64,000 nt of DNA, from the NCBI GenBank assembly GCA_028023455.1, contig JAQFVV010000009.1:3472001-3536000 (forward strand), read 5' to 3'. The notes under the pieces were generated by a model. The model was given only the letters and a program-made list of their open reading frames with translations, made no database searches and was not told the origin of the DNA. The number at the start of each line of letters is the position of its first letter. The stretch's first letter is position 1. Position numbers and translations under genes: made by a program. The DNA is from Epiperipatus broadwayi (taxonomy: Eukaryota; Animalia; Onychophora). Below, piece after piece: positions 25,657-36,714 of the stretch.

Positions 25657-27079
25657 GTAATAAATTTTTTTTTTTACCATAGTATTCTGTAAAGAAACCG
25701 ACGTCCATGAATCAGTATATTGATGTGCTTTGGGCGAAAAAGAGTGCCATCAAACGATAAGGTTCAGTATTCATACTATTACATAAATTTTAAATAGAGA
25801 ATCTGACAATGTTTATTGGTGAATAATAAATTAAAAGTTTATTTTATATAGTTATTGATTTAATAAATCAAGATGGTCAAATATGACTTTTTTATCGTCA
25901 TTGTTTTGATTCTTGTCTTGAAAGACTAGAGATTTTAAAAGAAAATGAACTCCTAACCTATGCTTAAAATCAGTGAATCCAACTTTAAACAATTATAAAA
26001 TAAAATTGAATATTCTAAATTCTAATACAAATGAAAAAAAAAATGAAATTATTGGAATTATTATAAAACAAATAGGATTTAAGAGTCATATATCCAAATA
26101 TTTAAAATAGAAATTCATATATGAAGTAAACAATATATGAAAGTGCTTAGCCAATATTAAGATTTAGAATTTAGTAATTTCGCCTTTATATGTTGAAGCG
26201 TATTGTATTAATAACATTATAATGGTAACCAAAAACAAAATTTCACTAAAATTCTTCCACAACTATGGTTTTATCTAATAAGAAATAGACTTTGTCAAGA
26301 GATATTCAACTAAACATACAACATATATATATATAACAAAATAACCTTGCCATCATTCACTTCAAAAATCAACTTCCTTTAACATTGAAGGATGTTATAT
26401 ATACAATATTCTCTTTTTAAAAAAATTCTCTCATTATTTAAAATTTCAACATAATAAAAAGAAGCAATTTTTGTATTTGCTGTAGGTGCTAAAATTCCTA
26501 ATTATGTCACTCTTGTTCAGTAACTTTTAACTTTTTTGATTTTGCTTATAAACTTCAAACGTTAATGACAATTGGCTGGAGCCCCCCTCCACTTTTCTGT
26601 TGGCGATTAAACTTTTTATAATGATTAGATTTTTGTTTTCTATTAAAATAAACCTAAAAGTTTTTCACCTTAAAAAAAAAAAAAAATTATAATACCTAAA
26701 CTGCTAGTTAATCAACACAGCATTTTTGTTTCCTTAAGTCAATTTCTAAACATGGGGGGGGGGGGTCAAAATTAATGATATATTTTATTTAAAAAGAAGT
26801 GACTTCAAAATTATTTTATTCTGCTGCAGGTTTTTCAAATCATAATAATTCTGCACACATAGTCAATGCATTCTTGAGAACACATATAACATTTGGTTCA
26901 TTTGTTCATATGAAAATGTTTAATAAAGAATATACAAAAGACTTTAGATAAAAGAAAAAAAAATATTAATAAAAAATCTCTATGCAACAAAGCGTCAACA
27001 AATATAAGCAACTTAAAATATTGTAAATTATATTCAGAATAATGACAACTTGATAAATTACATATAGAGTACGATTTCC

Positions 27080-27110
<31 letters not shown>

Positions 27111-27599
27111 GAACAACAACAACAGTAACTATCATTAATCTATTAAAAGCCATATTTGCATGCCAGGTGACAATGTTTTAAAATGTTAATTTTTGTAATT
27201 AATATTTTGAACCATTTTCATATAGCACTATTTATTATCACTTTTATACAGCTAACATATTGTACTTTGTTTTGTTTTATAATGATAATAAAATAAATGC
27301 TTTAAATTAGTCACTAAATATAATTATTCACTTCTCAAGTGTACTAAACTTGACAAATGAAAAACTATTAAAAAATAAAACTTTCAACAACAACCTAATA
27401 AATTCAGGATGTAGATCTTAATAAAGCTATTTTCTTGAAACTACCAACAGAAAAAAGAAAAGAGGAGGATAAATTAAGTTTCAATTTAAGATTATTTACT
27501 TATCAGATAAATGAAGTACGATACATTTTATTATAAATTTACTAACACCGAAAAAAAAAAAACGAAATCACAACTACTTAGATCACTTTCTGTTTAATT

Positions 27600-27720
27600 G
27601 TTATCAACAGATATTAAAAGTCCACTGCAGGATAAAAGCTTTTCAACAAACTTTTTAATCACATTATAGGCCATTCTTCTTTCGGTGTTCCCAAGATGAA
27701 AATTATTCCAATTAAATGAC
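27600..27720 (-). mobile_element. Short RTE 3'-end fragment
   Basis: Minus strand aagcttttatcctgcagtggac matches the AFILQW terminus of the RTE family. Confidence 0.5.
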
Positions 27721-28253
27721 TGATTCATAAAAAAAAATTACTAAAATATTATCATGCTGCTGATGAAATTAGATTAGGTAAAATACGTTACATTTAAAAA
27801 TAAAAATTTGAATTTTTGTTTTAAAACAGTTCTGGCAACGTTTTGCAAAAATAATCTATTTTAAGATAATATATGTTTATATATATAATGATTTATAAGT
27901 ATACTGATTAGAGCTTCTGCCTGTTATCATCATGACCTGAGGATAACTGCCCATCCCATATTGAGTAATAAATGAATATCTAGTTATTCGTAGCTAAAGC
28001 ATAAAGAAAAGATAAACAGACATTAAAATCTTATTTCTCTTTTGATCTTTTGCATAGTGATTAGTCTGCTGTGACCAGAATCTTAATCTCAATCCTAAAG
28101 TGGACTCCCAAATATTTTTCAGATATCACGACATAAGTACCCCAATTATCCAATTAATATTGGTCCATATATATATTAATTAAAGGGCAAAGTACTAAAA
28201 GTTATCAACTTGCAATTCACCTGCTGTCAGTTACAATGGACTATTTATAATAT

Positions 28254-29434
28254 TCATCACCATTGTCATTTTAACTATTATTCAACTGCAGAATAAAGGC
28301 CTCTTCTATTCCAATCCAGTTTATCTGATCTTTAGTCTCTCTTTTCTACAAAACATTGACAGACCCTCTTATTTCATATGTGTTCTTTACTTAGATCTTT
28401 TACTATCTCTTAAGATCCAGTTTAAAACTTCAATTGTTCATCTATTATCATCTCATCTAACAGGATCCACCAGCCCAGATTCATTTCAGTTTTTTAATTC
28501 TTTCAATGATGTTCAATAATATCTGTCTGTGCTCTCACCCATATATATTGTTTTTATTAACTTACATTTCTCCATAACTTTGTTAGGTAATCTGAAGTCT
28601 CTGTATTGCTTTTCTATGAAGAGACCAAGTTTAGCATCTATAAGTAAGAATTGGTAAAACATATCTATAAAAAACCTTTTTCAATATACTATGTTTCCTT
28701 TTAATATTGTAGTTTCTATGAAAACTACTCTATCCAAGTTTAATTCTATGATTAATTTCTATCATCATAACCAAATTTATTCACAACAACTCATTTTCAG
28801 TCATTTACTGATTCTAGCATTGAAATATCTCATGATGATTTTAAAATGTGTTTTGCTTGATCAAAAACCTTTTGTACATTCATATAAAATCCTCTACTTC
28901 TTCATCATAATGAAAACTTTTTTGTGACATAATCCTGAATTATTTGCAATTGTTATTTTTCTTTAATTTGGAAAATTAATCTTACCACTTTATCAGATAC
29001 ATTACCAATCCTCACAATAATGTTTTTATATTTTTTATTTATAATGAATCCCATTTTGCTTTTGTTTCCATTATTTGTGCCTTTGTAGTAAAAAAAAACC
29101 TGTCTACTTGTTGAATCATTTGTCTCTTCATCTTTTCAAGCAACAATGTCCCACTTATTAGATAGTTTTTCCTTTAATTTGTGCAATTTTCTTCACTTGA
29201 AAGTAATCTGAAGTTGTAAATACGTACCATCATTGAATGGCAGTTCTAGGTCCTCAATCAAAAGATTTTAGCCCCCTCTGTATTGGGTCACTTCCTTCAA
29301 GAAAACTCAACTGATATTTTATTTAAGAACTATCAGGCACTGAAAAACACCGAAGTGTTTATTGATCTTAAACTCAGAAATAAAAGCCAAAAATCTCACT
29401 ATGCTGGCTGATGTATGTTGGTGAGCACTTATAT
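28254..29434 (-). mobile_element. RTE copy with intact 5' UTR and 3' end but a ~1.8 kb internal deletion
   Basis: Reverse complement matches RTE copy 1 at 4560-5177, then jumps to 6974-7500 at a shared GAAAT (28755-28759). A 13-bp TSD with one mismatch lies at 28241-28253 and 29435-29447. Confidence 0.85.
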
Positions 29435-29619
29435 CTATTTATTATATGAATGAGCATATAATAATAGCTGCAACAGTAAGAATGTATGTAGTACTCGTTA
29501 GGAATTTGCCCTGCTCATTTCTTTAAGGCCCCAAAGAGGAATCATAAAGGGCTCCTTTCAATTAACAGCAAACCTTTTTCTACAACCATTTATGAGATTA
29601 TTTTACTATATATATATAT

Positions 29620-29895
29620 AATGGTCAAAACAATCATTTAAATATTAATGCTGTTATAGTAAATGATACACACTAACTCTTATTATTTGACAATACAATA
29701 ATAAGAAAGCAATTGTTTATAAAGAAGATTATCATGAATAACTATGATAGAAATAGTGAATGTTAATCAATCTAATTATTTATTGTAAAATATTTGTTTA
29801 ACTGATTGATTTTTATTTAACAAAATAATTTTTTTTTCTTATTTTAAACTTTGTAACAAACATTTAAATAATATATGTGTAATATAAGAAATCAT
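29620..29895 (+). mobile_element. Single arm of the AT-rich fold-back MITE family seen at 32105-33002
   Basis: Matches the reverse complement of 32710-33002 (ttgtttataaagaagattatc..., aataagaaagc). Confidence 0.65.
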
Positions 29896-30347
29896 AATGT
29901 GAATAATATATATATATATATTGAACCTGATTGAAATCCGATTCAACGGTGTCATTACAAAAAAAAAAGAAATTTATTAAGCTTTTAATTTTCATTAAAC
30001 GTAGAGTTTAAATTTGCAGTATTATTTAAAAAGAATGCGTGTATCGAAGTACACACACGTTTATATGTAAAACGGATTTTTTTTTAAAAATGTTTACCGA
30101 TTTATTTTAAAATAGTTTTCATATACCGTCTGTTTTTAAATCCATTTGATTTAAAAACAAGCTGGCTAGCTAATTGCATTCCTGTTGCTTTTATTTTAAT
30201 TATTGTAAACAATTTTGATAGCGGAGATTTGATTTTTATGTTGTTGTTTTCATTTCAATAAACCCTGGGTAGAATTCCTAGATAGATTGAGCGGGAGATT
30301 AATATTTGCCCTGCCTAAGGCATAGAAATTGGACAATAAGTAAAGTG

Positions 30348-30443
30348 TTTCGCGGGAAATGGAGCAAAGTATAAATAGCCCCGAAAATTTGGAGTGTCAG
30401 TTAATTCATTTTTGAGAGATAGACAAGTGGTTTTCTCACGTGA
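30348..30443 (+). promoter_or_regulatory. Pol II core promoter: TATA box + Inr, with E2F-like and E-box motifs
   Basis: TATAAATA at 30370-30377 and TCAGTT at 30397-30402 (A+1 = 30399, TATA at -29). TTTCGCGGGAAA at ~30348 and TCACGTGA at 30436-30443. The paralogue keeps ATAAATAGCCC. Confidence 0.7.
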
Positions 30444-31878
30444 AAGTTATAGCAGCACGGACTTTTAAATTTCTGAATTAAAGGACATCAGCTGTTATTA
30501 AATACTTTCGCTTGCAAAAATGAAAAATTCTATACTTGTTATCACCACCAGAATGGCTTGCTAACTCCACAAAAGACGGATCCCTGACTTCCAAGTTTGC
30601 TCCAGTAATGCCTTGAACACCTAAAAGAAGCCGGAACCTCCGTACATCTACCTTGCTGCCTCAAGAACCTGAAAATGAACTTAAGTAAAAGTGCGCACTC
30701 TACGTGAACATTGCTTTTACCAAAAGGTAATTATTTTCGTTTTTATTCTTCCCAGGGTAAATTAATTCTCATTAAATCTCTGCTCAATCTAATCATAAAT
30801 ATGTCTTCTTAAATCAATATAGCCTCATATCTAATATTTGCTGTGTTTTCCAATATTTTATAGTGTGTCCTGGAATCTTAGTTTTAAGCTTCCAATTTGC
30901 TTTCAGTTTTGTTTATTGGAGAGTGATGAATGAGTTTTATATTTTATGCCTCGCTTTTGTAAATGCTTTAGCAGTCTTGTATATATATATATATTTTTAT
31001 GCTTACCTGTAATTATTTAGTATTCAATAATTAATTTTATACTCTATGTTTGCCCTCTTGCTAAACCTCCAAACTCTTTTGGCTGATGACTTTATTGTCT
31101 GATTTTCGCAGGTGGAGATTTCATTTCTAAAATCTCTAAAGGCGGAAATTAGAATTGTGTTTTTCTTTGTAATTTTATAAGTCATCAGCAGGAAGATAAA
31201 ATTTATCCTTTCTTAAATTACAGGTGAGCGATACTTTCGTTCTGCTAAAGTGTTTCCAACTTTTAATATTCTCGTACTCATGTGCACTCTCCGATAGATT
31301 TATTTTTGTATTTATTACGTATGCTTTAAATTTATCAGAGCGTGTACTCAGAATTTGTTTGTAATTCATTTTCTTTTCTTTAATTGCTGGGGCAGACGGA
31401 ACTGTTTTTCTAATTATTTGCTTGTCTCCTATTGAGACCTTTTCTTATTAATTTTAAAATAATTTTCGCCAATCGTTTGGCTGGGATTCACCAGTTTCTT
31501 TTATTGTTTTCTTCCTTACAGTCATGTTTGTCGGTTGTTCTTGAGATGGATCAATCACCGTTATTTTAAACATAGTAATTGGTGCAGTTCATACCGATAT
31601 AAGGACATTCGAGATCTGACCATGCTTAGATCTCGGAAAGCTCATCGGCACTGGGTTCTTTGATCTATTTCAGGGGCATATGGTTTAAATATCTGAAAGT
31701 GAAAACCAATGTTTAGGTGAATCCTCTGCTGAATGAAATTTGCTTCCTCCCTTTTAAATTTGTTTATTAGAAAATCAGTCAGTCTGTCATAGCTTTGCCT
31801 TTAGTATGTCTGGTACACGCCTGAGTTAACCCCCATCTATTGTATCATAAACTTATATTTAATAATTTATTTTCTCAT

Positions 31879-31945
31879 AATAAAATTTATGAAATATGTT
31901 TAAACTTAATTTGGCTGACGTTTGTCTTTGTGCTTTTTTGTCGCA
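31879..31945 (+). terminator. Poly(A) signal with GU/U-rich downstream element
   Basis: AATAAA at 31879-31884, then gtttgtctttgtgctttttt ~35 nt later. The same arrangement occurs in copy 2 (AATAAA on minus at 51878-51883). Confidence 0.55.
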
Positions 31946-32104
31946 ATTGTCTAAACAATTTAAGATCTCTTGTTTCTCCCTGAGTCTAGTCGGCGCAAAC
32001 CATCATCATCATCTATTCTGATCACAGTAAACAAATTTTCCAGACACGTAGTGGTCTGGTGGCAGCCTCTGTTTCAGAATAGATTGAGTATCCGGTATAA
32101 TATA

Positions 32105-33002
32105 TTGTTTAATACAATTGTTTAAATAAGAATTGCTGTTGTAGTAAATTATGCATCCTCCCACTTAATATTTGATAATGCAATAATAAGAAAGCTGTTC
32201 CACTTTTTTAGTTTTCTTTAACTAACACAAGAGATATAAATATCAATCAATCCAATTGTTTATATTAAAATCTTAAATAAACAGACTGATTTTTATTTAA
32301 CAAAATTAAGAAATTCCTTCTTATTTTAAACTCAGTGACAAACATTTAAACAATATATGTGTATAATACAAGATAATCTTTATAAACAAAGAGAAATAAA
32401 TAAGAAAGGGGAACTGCTTTCTTATTATCATATTGTTGAATACTAGGTGGGAGTGTGTATCATTACTAAACAGCATTTTTATAAGGCTTTAACTACCACG
32501 AGAGGGACCCCTACAAACTTAACACATCTTGTTTAAAATTTGTAGGGATCCCTCCCGTGGTAAAATTAAACACTCAAGATACATAGTATTAAAGTTAAAG
32601 CCTTATATGTAATTATGTGCTACCCATGTGCTTAATAAGAATTAATGTTTATAACAGAATTTATTATTTACAGTATTATATTGAACATTATATTCATGTT
32701 GTGACTTCTTGTATTACACATATATCATTTAAATATTTGTTAAAAAGTTTAAAATAAGAAAGAATTTCTTGTTAAATGAAAATCAAATCAACCCTTTTAA
32801 TAAACATCTTACAATAAACAATTAAATTGATTAATATTCATACCCCTTGCCTTAGTTATTAAAAGATAATCTTCTTTATAAACAAAGAAAACCAAGTAAG
32901 AAAGTGGAACCATTTTCTTATTATCATACTGTCAAATATTAAGTGGAAGTGTATATCATTTAATATAACAGCATTTATTATTTAAGTGATTGTATCGAAC
33001 AT
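32105..33002. mobile_element. AT-rich fold-back MITE with long imperfect TIRs, internally nested
   Basis: tgtttaatacaattg...cccacttaatatttga...aataagaaagc vs ...ttcttattatc...aatattaagtgg...attgtatcgaaca. An extra right-arm copy lies at 32400-32480. Confidence 0.7.
32482..32605. mobile_element. Small element with 14-bp terminal inverted repeats and an internal 24-bp hairpin
   Basis: ataaggctttaact (32481-32494) / agttaaagccttat (32593-32606). Stem 32494-32517 pairs with 32539-32562. Confidence 0.6.
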
Positions 33003-35179
33003 TATATATATATATTCAGACTGGGTGTATGTGTGTGCATGGATACAAGGTTTCATAGGGTAATCTAATGACAGTGCATCTTCTAATCATGCCATATAGC
33101 ATGCGTTTGAATTTAGGTCAAGACATTTTAATCATGCTTGGACTTTTCTTACATAGCATAGCCAGTCCAGATAATCATCCCATACTGATCAATAAATGTA
33201 TATCAACTATTTTTTAACTAAAGTGTAAAACAATGATTAAAAAACATTCAAATTCTCATTACCTGCTATTTGACAATTTTAATGAGTAATGTTTTTTTTT
33301 GCATTCCTTCTCTACGAATTGTTTATTTAAAGGATGGTTTTTCTACTCTTTAAGTGTATGTATATATGTGTGTGCTTGCATTAACTTTTTATTTAATTAG
33401 ATTTGAAGCCCAGTTTTTCACATGGCTTATTACTATAAGTAGATAAATGGTAGACTTTGATCACGATGGAATAACTAAGCAAATAAAAAAAATTCTTGTT
33501 GAAAACTTTGAAAACATTGAATCCTTAGGATTAAGATGACTTTGGAATTTAGATATCTATCTAGTCAGTAAAAAAGAAAAAGAAAAAAGCATTTTTTAAA
33601 ATAAAACTTTATCATAGTTAATCTATCTTTTTTTTTGTTTGTTTGTTTGTTTTATTAAAGTAAATTTATTTACTAAAAAGGTAAATAAATAAAATTATGA
33701 AAGAACTGCTGAAAGGGGGTCGTTAAAAAAAACAATCAAAAATAGTAAAAATAATCTTTCAGATGCATTTTTTTAACTTTATGATTCCTTTTATAATTGC
33801 TAATTAATGGAGACCCTCTACAAAATTTAAAATTATAATTTCCAGAAATAATTTTAATCTAATATAAAACTGAATTAATATTTAAGGCAATGAAAATATT
33901 TGTACCTTGGCCACCAACTTCAAAATTGGTGGCTAGCATTTGCTAAAACTAACCTCATGTTATCCTGTCTGATTCTAGTCTTCATTTTGATATAAAAAGC
34001 ATTAAAAATCCATTCTCACATGGATATGTAGATACAAATAACTTGAAAGGCAAGCATGATGACAATCGAATGTGACTGATATATAGCATTACAGAAGTGA
34101 ATTAACTTTTTATAGAACAAACTACAGGCTAAGTAATCATTCTCCAGATCCAAAAATTTACTGTACACTGCATTGGGAATGCTGATTACATTGAGAGAAA
34201 CAAACAATAAATTTCATTTCAGTGCTTTCTATGTAAAGCTAGAATATATTTAATTATACGCAAAACTTCCAGCCTCAAATTTAAATGAAAAAAAAAATCA
34301 ATAATAATGAAACCATAAACAAAATTTTTTTATACTTTTACAGAAAAATAAAAAGATAATTACTTAAAATCAAAAAAAAAAAAAACCTAATAAAGATACA
34401 AAATTACATACAAAAATCCAATGAAACAGTAAGCACTGACCAAATTGACATGGAAAACTCTAGTATTATAAAACCCATGCACTTGAGAAATGGAAATCCA
34501 AAATGCAAAAAAAAAAAAAAAAATTAAAATAAAGTAATTAAAGGAGCAATTTTTTAAAAAAAAAATCTTTAAAAAACAAAATAAATCATCCACTTAAGTT
34601 AACAAATCATCATTTGAAGTTAGAATTGCCAAATTTAAATATTTTTGTTATCAATGTTAATTAACTCAATATTTCATAAAAGTTTATCCTGATAATTAAT
34701 CTACCTACTGGATTAAAATAAATTATGGTCGCATTCCTTTCTTAAAGAAAAATAAGTTTTTGAACAGAATTGGCATCCATAAGAGAGCACTAAGAAAAAA
34801 AAACTATTTTTCAACTAGATCAAAACTCAGGGAATTCTACTTTTTAAGAATTTTTCTAATTTCAAGTTTTTCTGGTTTACTAATCTAGTAATACTATGCT
34901 AAAAACATTTAATACTAACATTAAATACATGACCTTATTACACAATGTATTTATATTTTTGTTTTGCCATATGGAGCTAAAAATTACAGAGATAAATGTA
35001 GGAGATTAAACTCCAATAAGCTGCTGTTTGTGATCAAAAACTGGATTCCACACTTTAAACTTCACATCACAATTTTCACAAAAAAAGTAAAATTTATAAT
35101 GTCTATAATTAACATACTTCTTTATCTTTCCAATTTTGAATATCCTTATTTCTTCCAACACTTTTGCTGTAAAAAAAGG

Positions 35180-36700
35180 AGATAATACATAATAGCTCAC
35201 CACATCATTTAAGACACTGTCATCATTTTTATATATCCTCTTTTTACTTGAATATCATTACTCTGTATCTGCTAATTCTTATCTTGTCCTGCAATTTTAC
35301 ACAAGTATCTACACCCCATTAATAAGAGACTCATAGTTTTTTTCATATAACTTCTATTTCCTTCTATACCAAAATTAACTTTTTGCTGGCTGACCTCCTA
35401 CTTTATTTGTTTAACTTCATTTTTCTTTAACTTTTATTTAATATTTGTATATTTTCTAAATATCACGGATTAAGAGCAATAATAAAATAGTGGACTCTAG
35501 AGCTCTAAGTCTACAAGTCATGATTTGGGCCCTATTATTTCCAGACTTCAAACTTCTTATAATATTCAACGTAATCACTTCCCTCTCAATGAAATTAAAA
35601 CCATAGATCAATTACAATCAGTATCCATGATTCCCTTCTTCAAAACACAATGATTACCATCAAGATATTCATCAGTCTAGACTTACTTTCCATCCTCAAC
35701 ACTTTTACTGCCTTTCTTACTTAGTCATGAACTTTATGTTGAATAGAAAAGTTTACATTACCATGAAAGAAAATATATTCCCTAATTTTATCTCATATAG
35801 TTCTAATTCTCAAGGATCTCTTCATCTTATTCAGAGTGAAATATAAAAATGTAAATCTCAGTTTTGAAGAACAACATTAAACACATTTCATACATGGATG
35901 CCTTTGTCATCCTTTTGTCTCTAAAAAAACTTGTTAAAACTTTTTCCCTATCCTTAAAAATTACAGCAAAGAGTATTCTCTTCTTCTATCTAAAGTATTA
36001 CATCTGATAAAGCAATTTTTTCCATTAAGTTCCATGATTTCCCATTCATCTATCATTTAATCTACTTAGGTCTGAAAATCAAAAAAATTACTAACATCTG
36101 CATCTCTCAGTCCATAAAAGAAATCATACATTAACATATTGTAATATAATGATAAAATATACTAAGCCATTCATTATAAAAATTTCTTTCTTTCTATACT
36201 TGATTTCAAGAAAACTGTTTACATTTTAATCAGAAAAATGTAAAAACGTTAAAATGTCCCAGTTCTATATTCTGTATTCAAAGTTCAATTAATGTGCTGT
36301 TCTGATTTAAATGATTTCCAGAAATTCCAAATTTTTCCATGACTTTATCTATAGATAGCCAATCTTGTCCATGTAACCAATTCATTATAGACATAATAAA
36401 CTTCATTGCTAAATATACTATTATCATCCCATCCTTATTTTCAAATGCAATTAAATATTGGAATGATAACATAATGGCATATCAATTATCTTTAGTAGAT
36501 ACTCCTAACTTAGTGCTGTACATCTGACCAATTAATTTATTAAAAAGTTTAAACATCAGTTTCTAAAATCCAAATGCTTGGACTTTATTCCAATCAATTA
36601 ACTTTTTAGAAACTAGAATAAACTCATCTTATTTTGATGCTACATGTTCCCTACCTATGTAGATGTGGTAAAAAATAAAATTCTCAACTTAATTTTTAAA
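35180..36700 (-). pseudogene. Highly decayed LINE (RTE-like; endonuclease and C-terminal remnants)
   Basis: Minus-strand DKVMEKFGISGNHLNQNSTLIEL (APE C-terminal pattern) and MGCRYLCKIAGQDK (MRxLRRIxG motif). Confidence 0.55.
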
Positions 36701-36714
36701 TTGATAGCTACAAG

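Larger units (their letters stand above)
23003..25767. mobile_element. Non-autonomous Tc1/mariner-type DNA transposon (TA target duplication, ~55-bp TIRs) with internal subrepeats
   Basis: TA|ctaaaccctactgcttgatggca...tcaatatac vs gtatattga...tgccatcaaacgataaggttcag|TA. aaaccaacccccctcc motifs recur at ~23925, 24063, 24205, 24320 and 24495. Confidence 0.75.
29917..32104 (+). mobile_element. ~2.2 kb solo-LTR-like element, copy 1 (CpG-rich)
   Basis: Colinear with the reverse complement of 51676-53739 from (T)ATTGAACC to CC(G/A)GTA. Many shared anchors, e.g. tcttagttttaag, aaatgcttt(a/g)gcag, cttttggctg, aggtgag, ttggctga(c/t)gtttgtct, catcatcat, g(g/a)tct(g/a)gtggca. Confidence 0.75.

Noticed and set aside
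30520-30700. Short ORFs after the promoter (MKNSILVITTRMAC in a good start context; CCC-UGA like an antizyme frameshift site; EPPY like the AZIN/ODC uORF PPW motif)
   Set aside because: No ATG-initiated frame reaches the CCC-UGA, all frames stop quickly, there is no antizyme or ODC homology downstream, and none of the peptides is conserved in the paralogous copy.
30920-31230. Possible intronic C/D or H/ACA snoRNAs (TGATGA, AGATAA, ACA)
   Set aside because: No properly spaced D box, the TGATGA at 31084 is part of a stem, the second H/ACA hairpin is too short, and the region belongs to a dispersed repeat.
31977-31995. miR-125-like start TCCCTGAG, and CTAG as a Helitron 3' end
   Set aside because: Similarity stops after 8 nt with no precursor hairpin. 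There is no GC-rich subterminal hairpin, and homology between copies continues ~110 nt past CTAG.
34016-34207. 63-aa hydrophobic minus-strand ORF resembling a receptor transmembrane segment
   Set aside because: No diagnostic motif, and hydrophobic ORFs arise by chance in AT-rich DNA.
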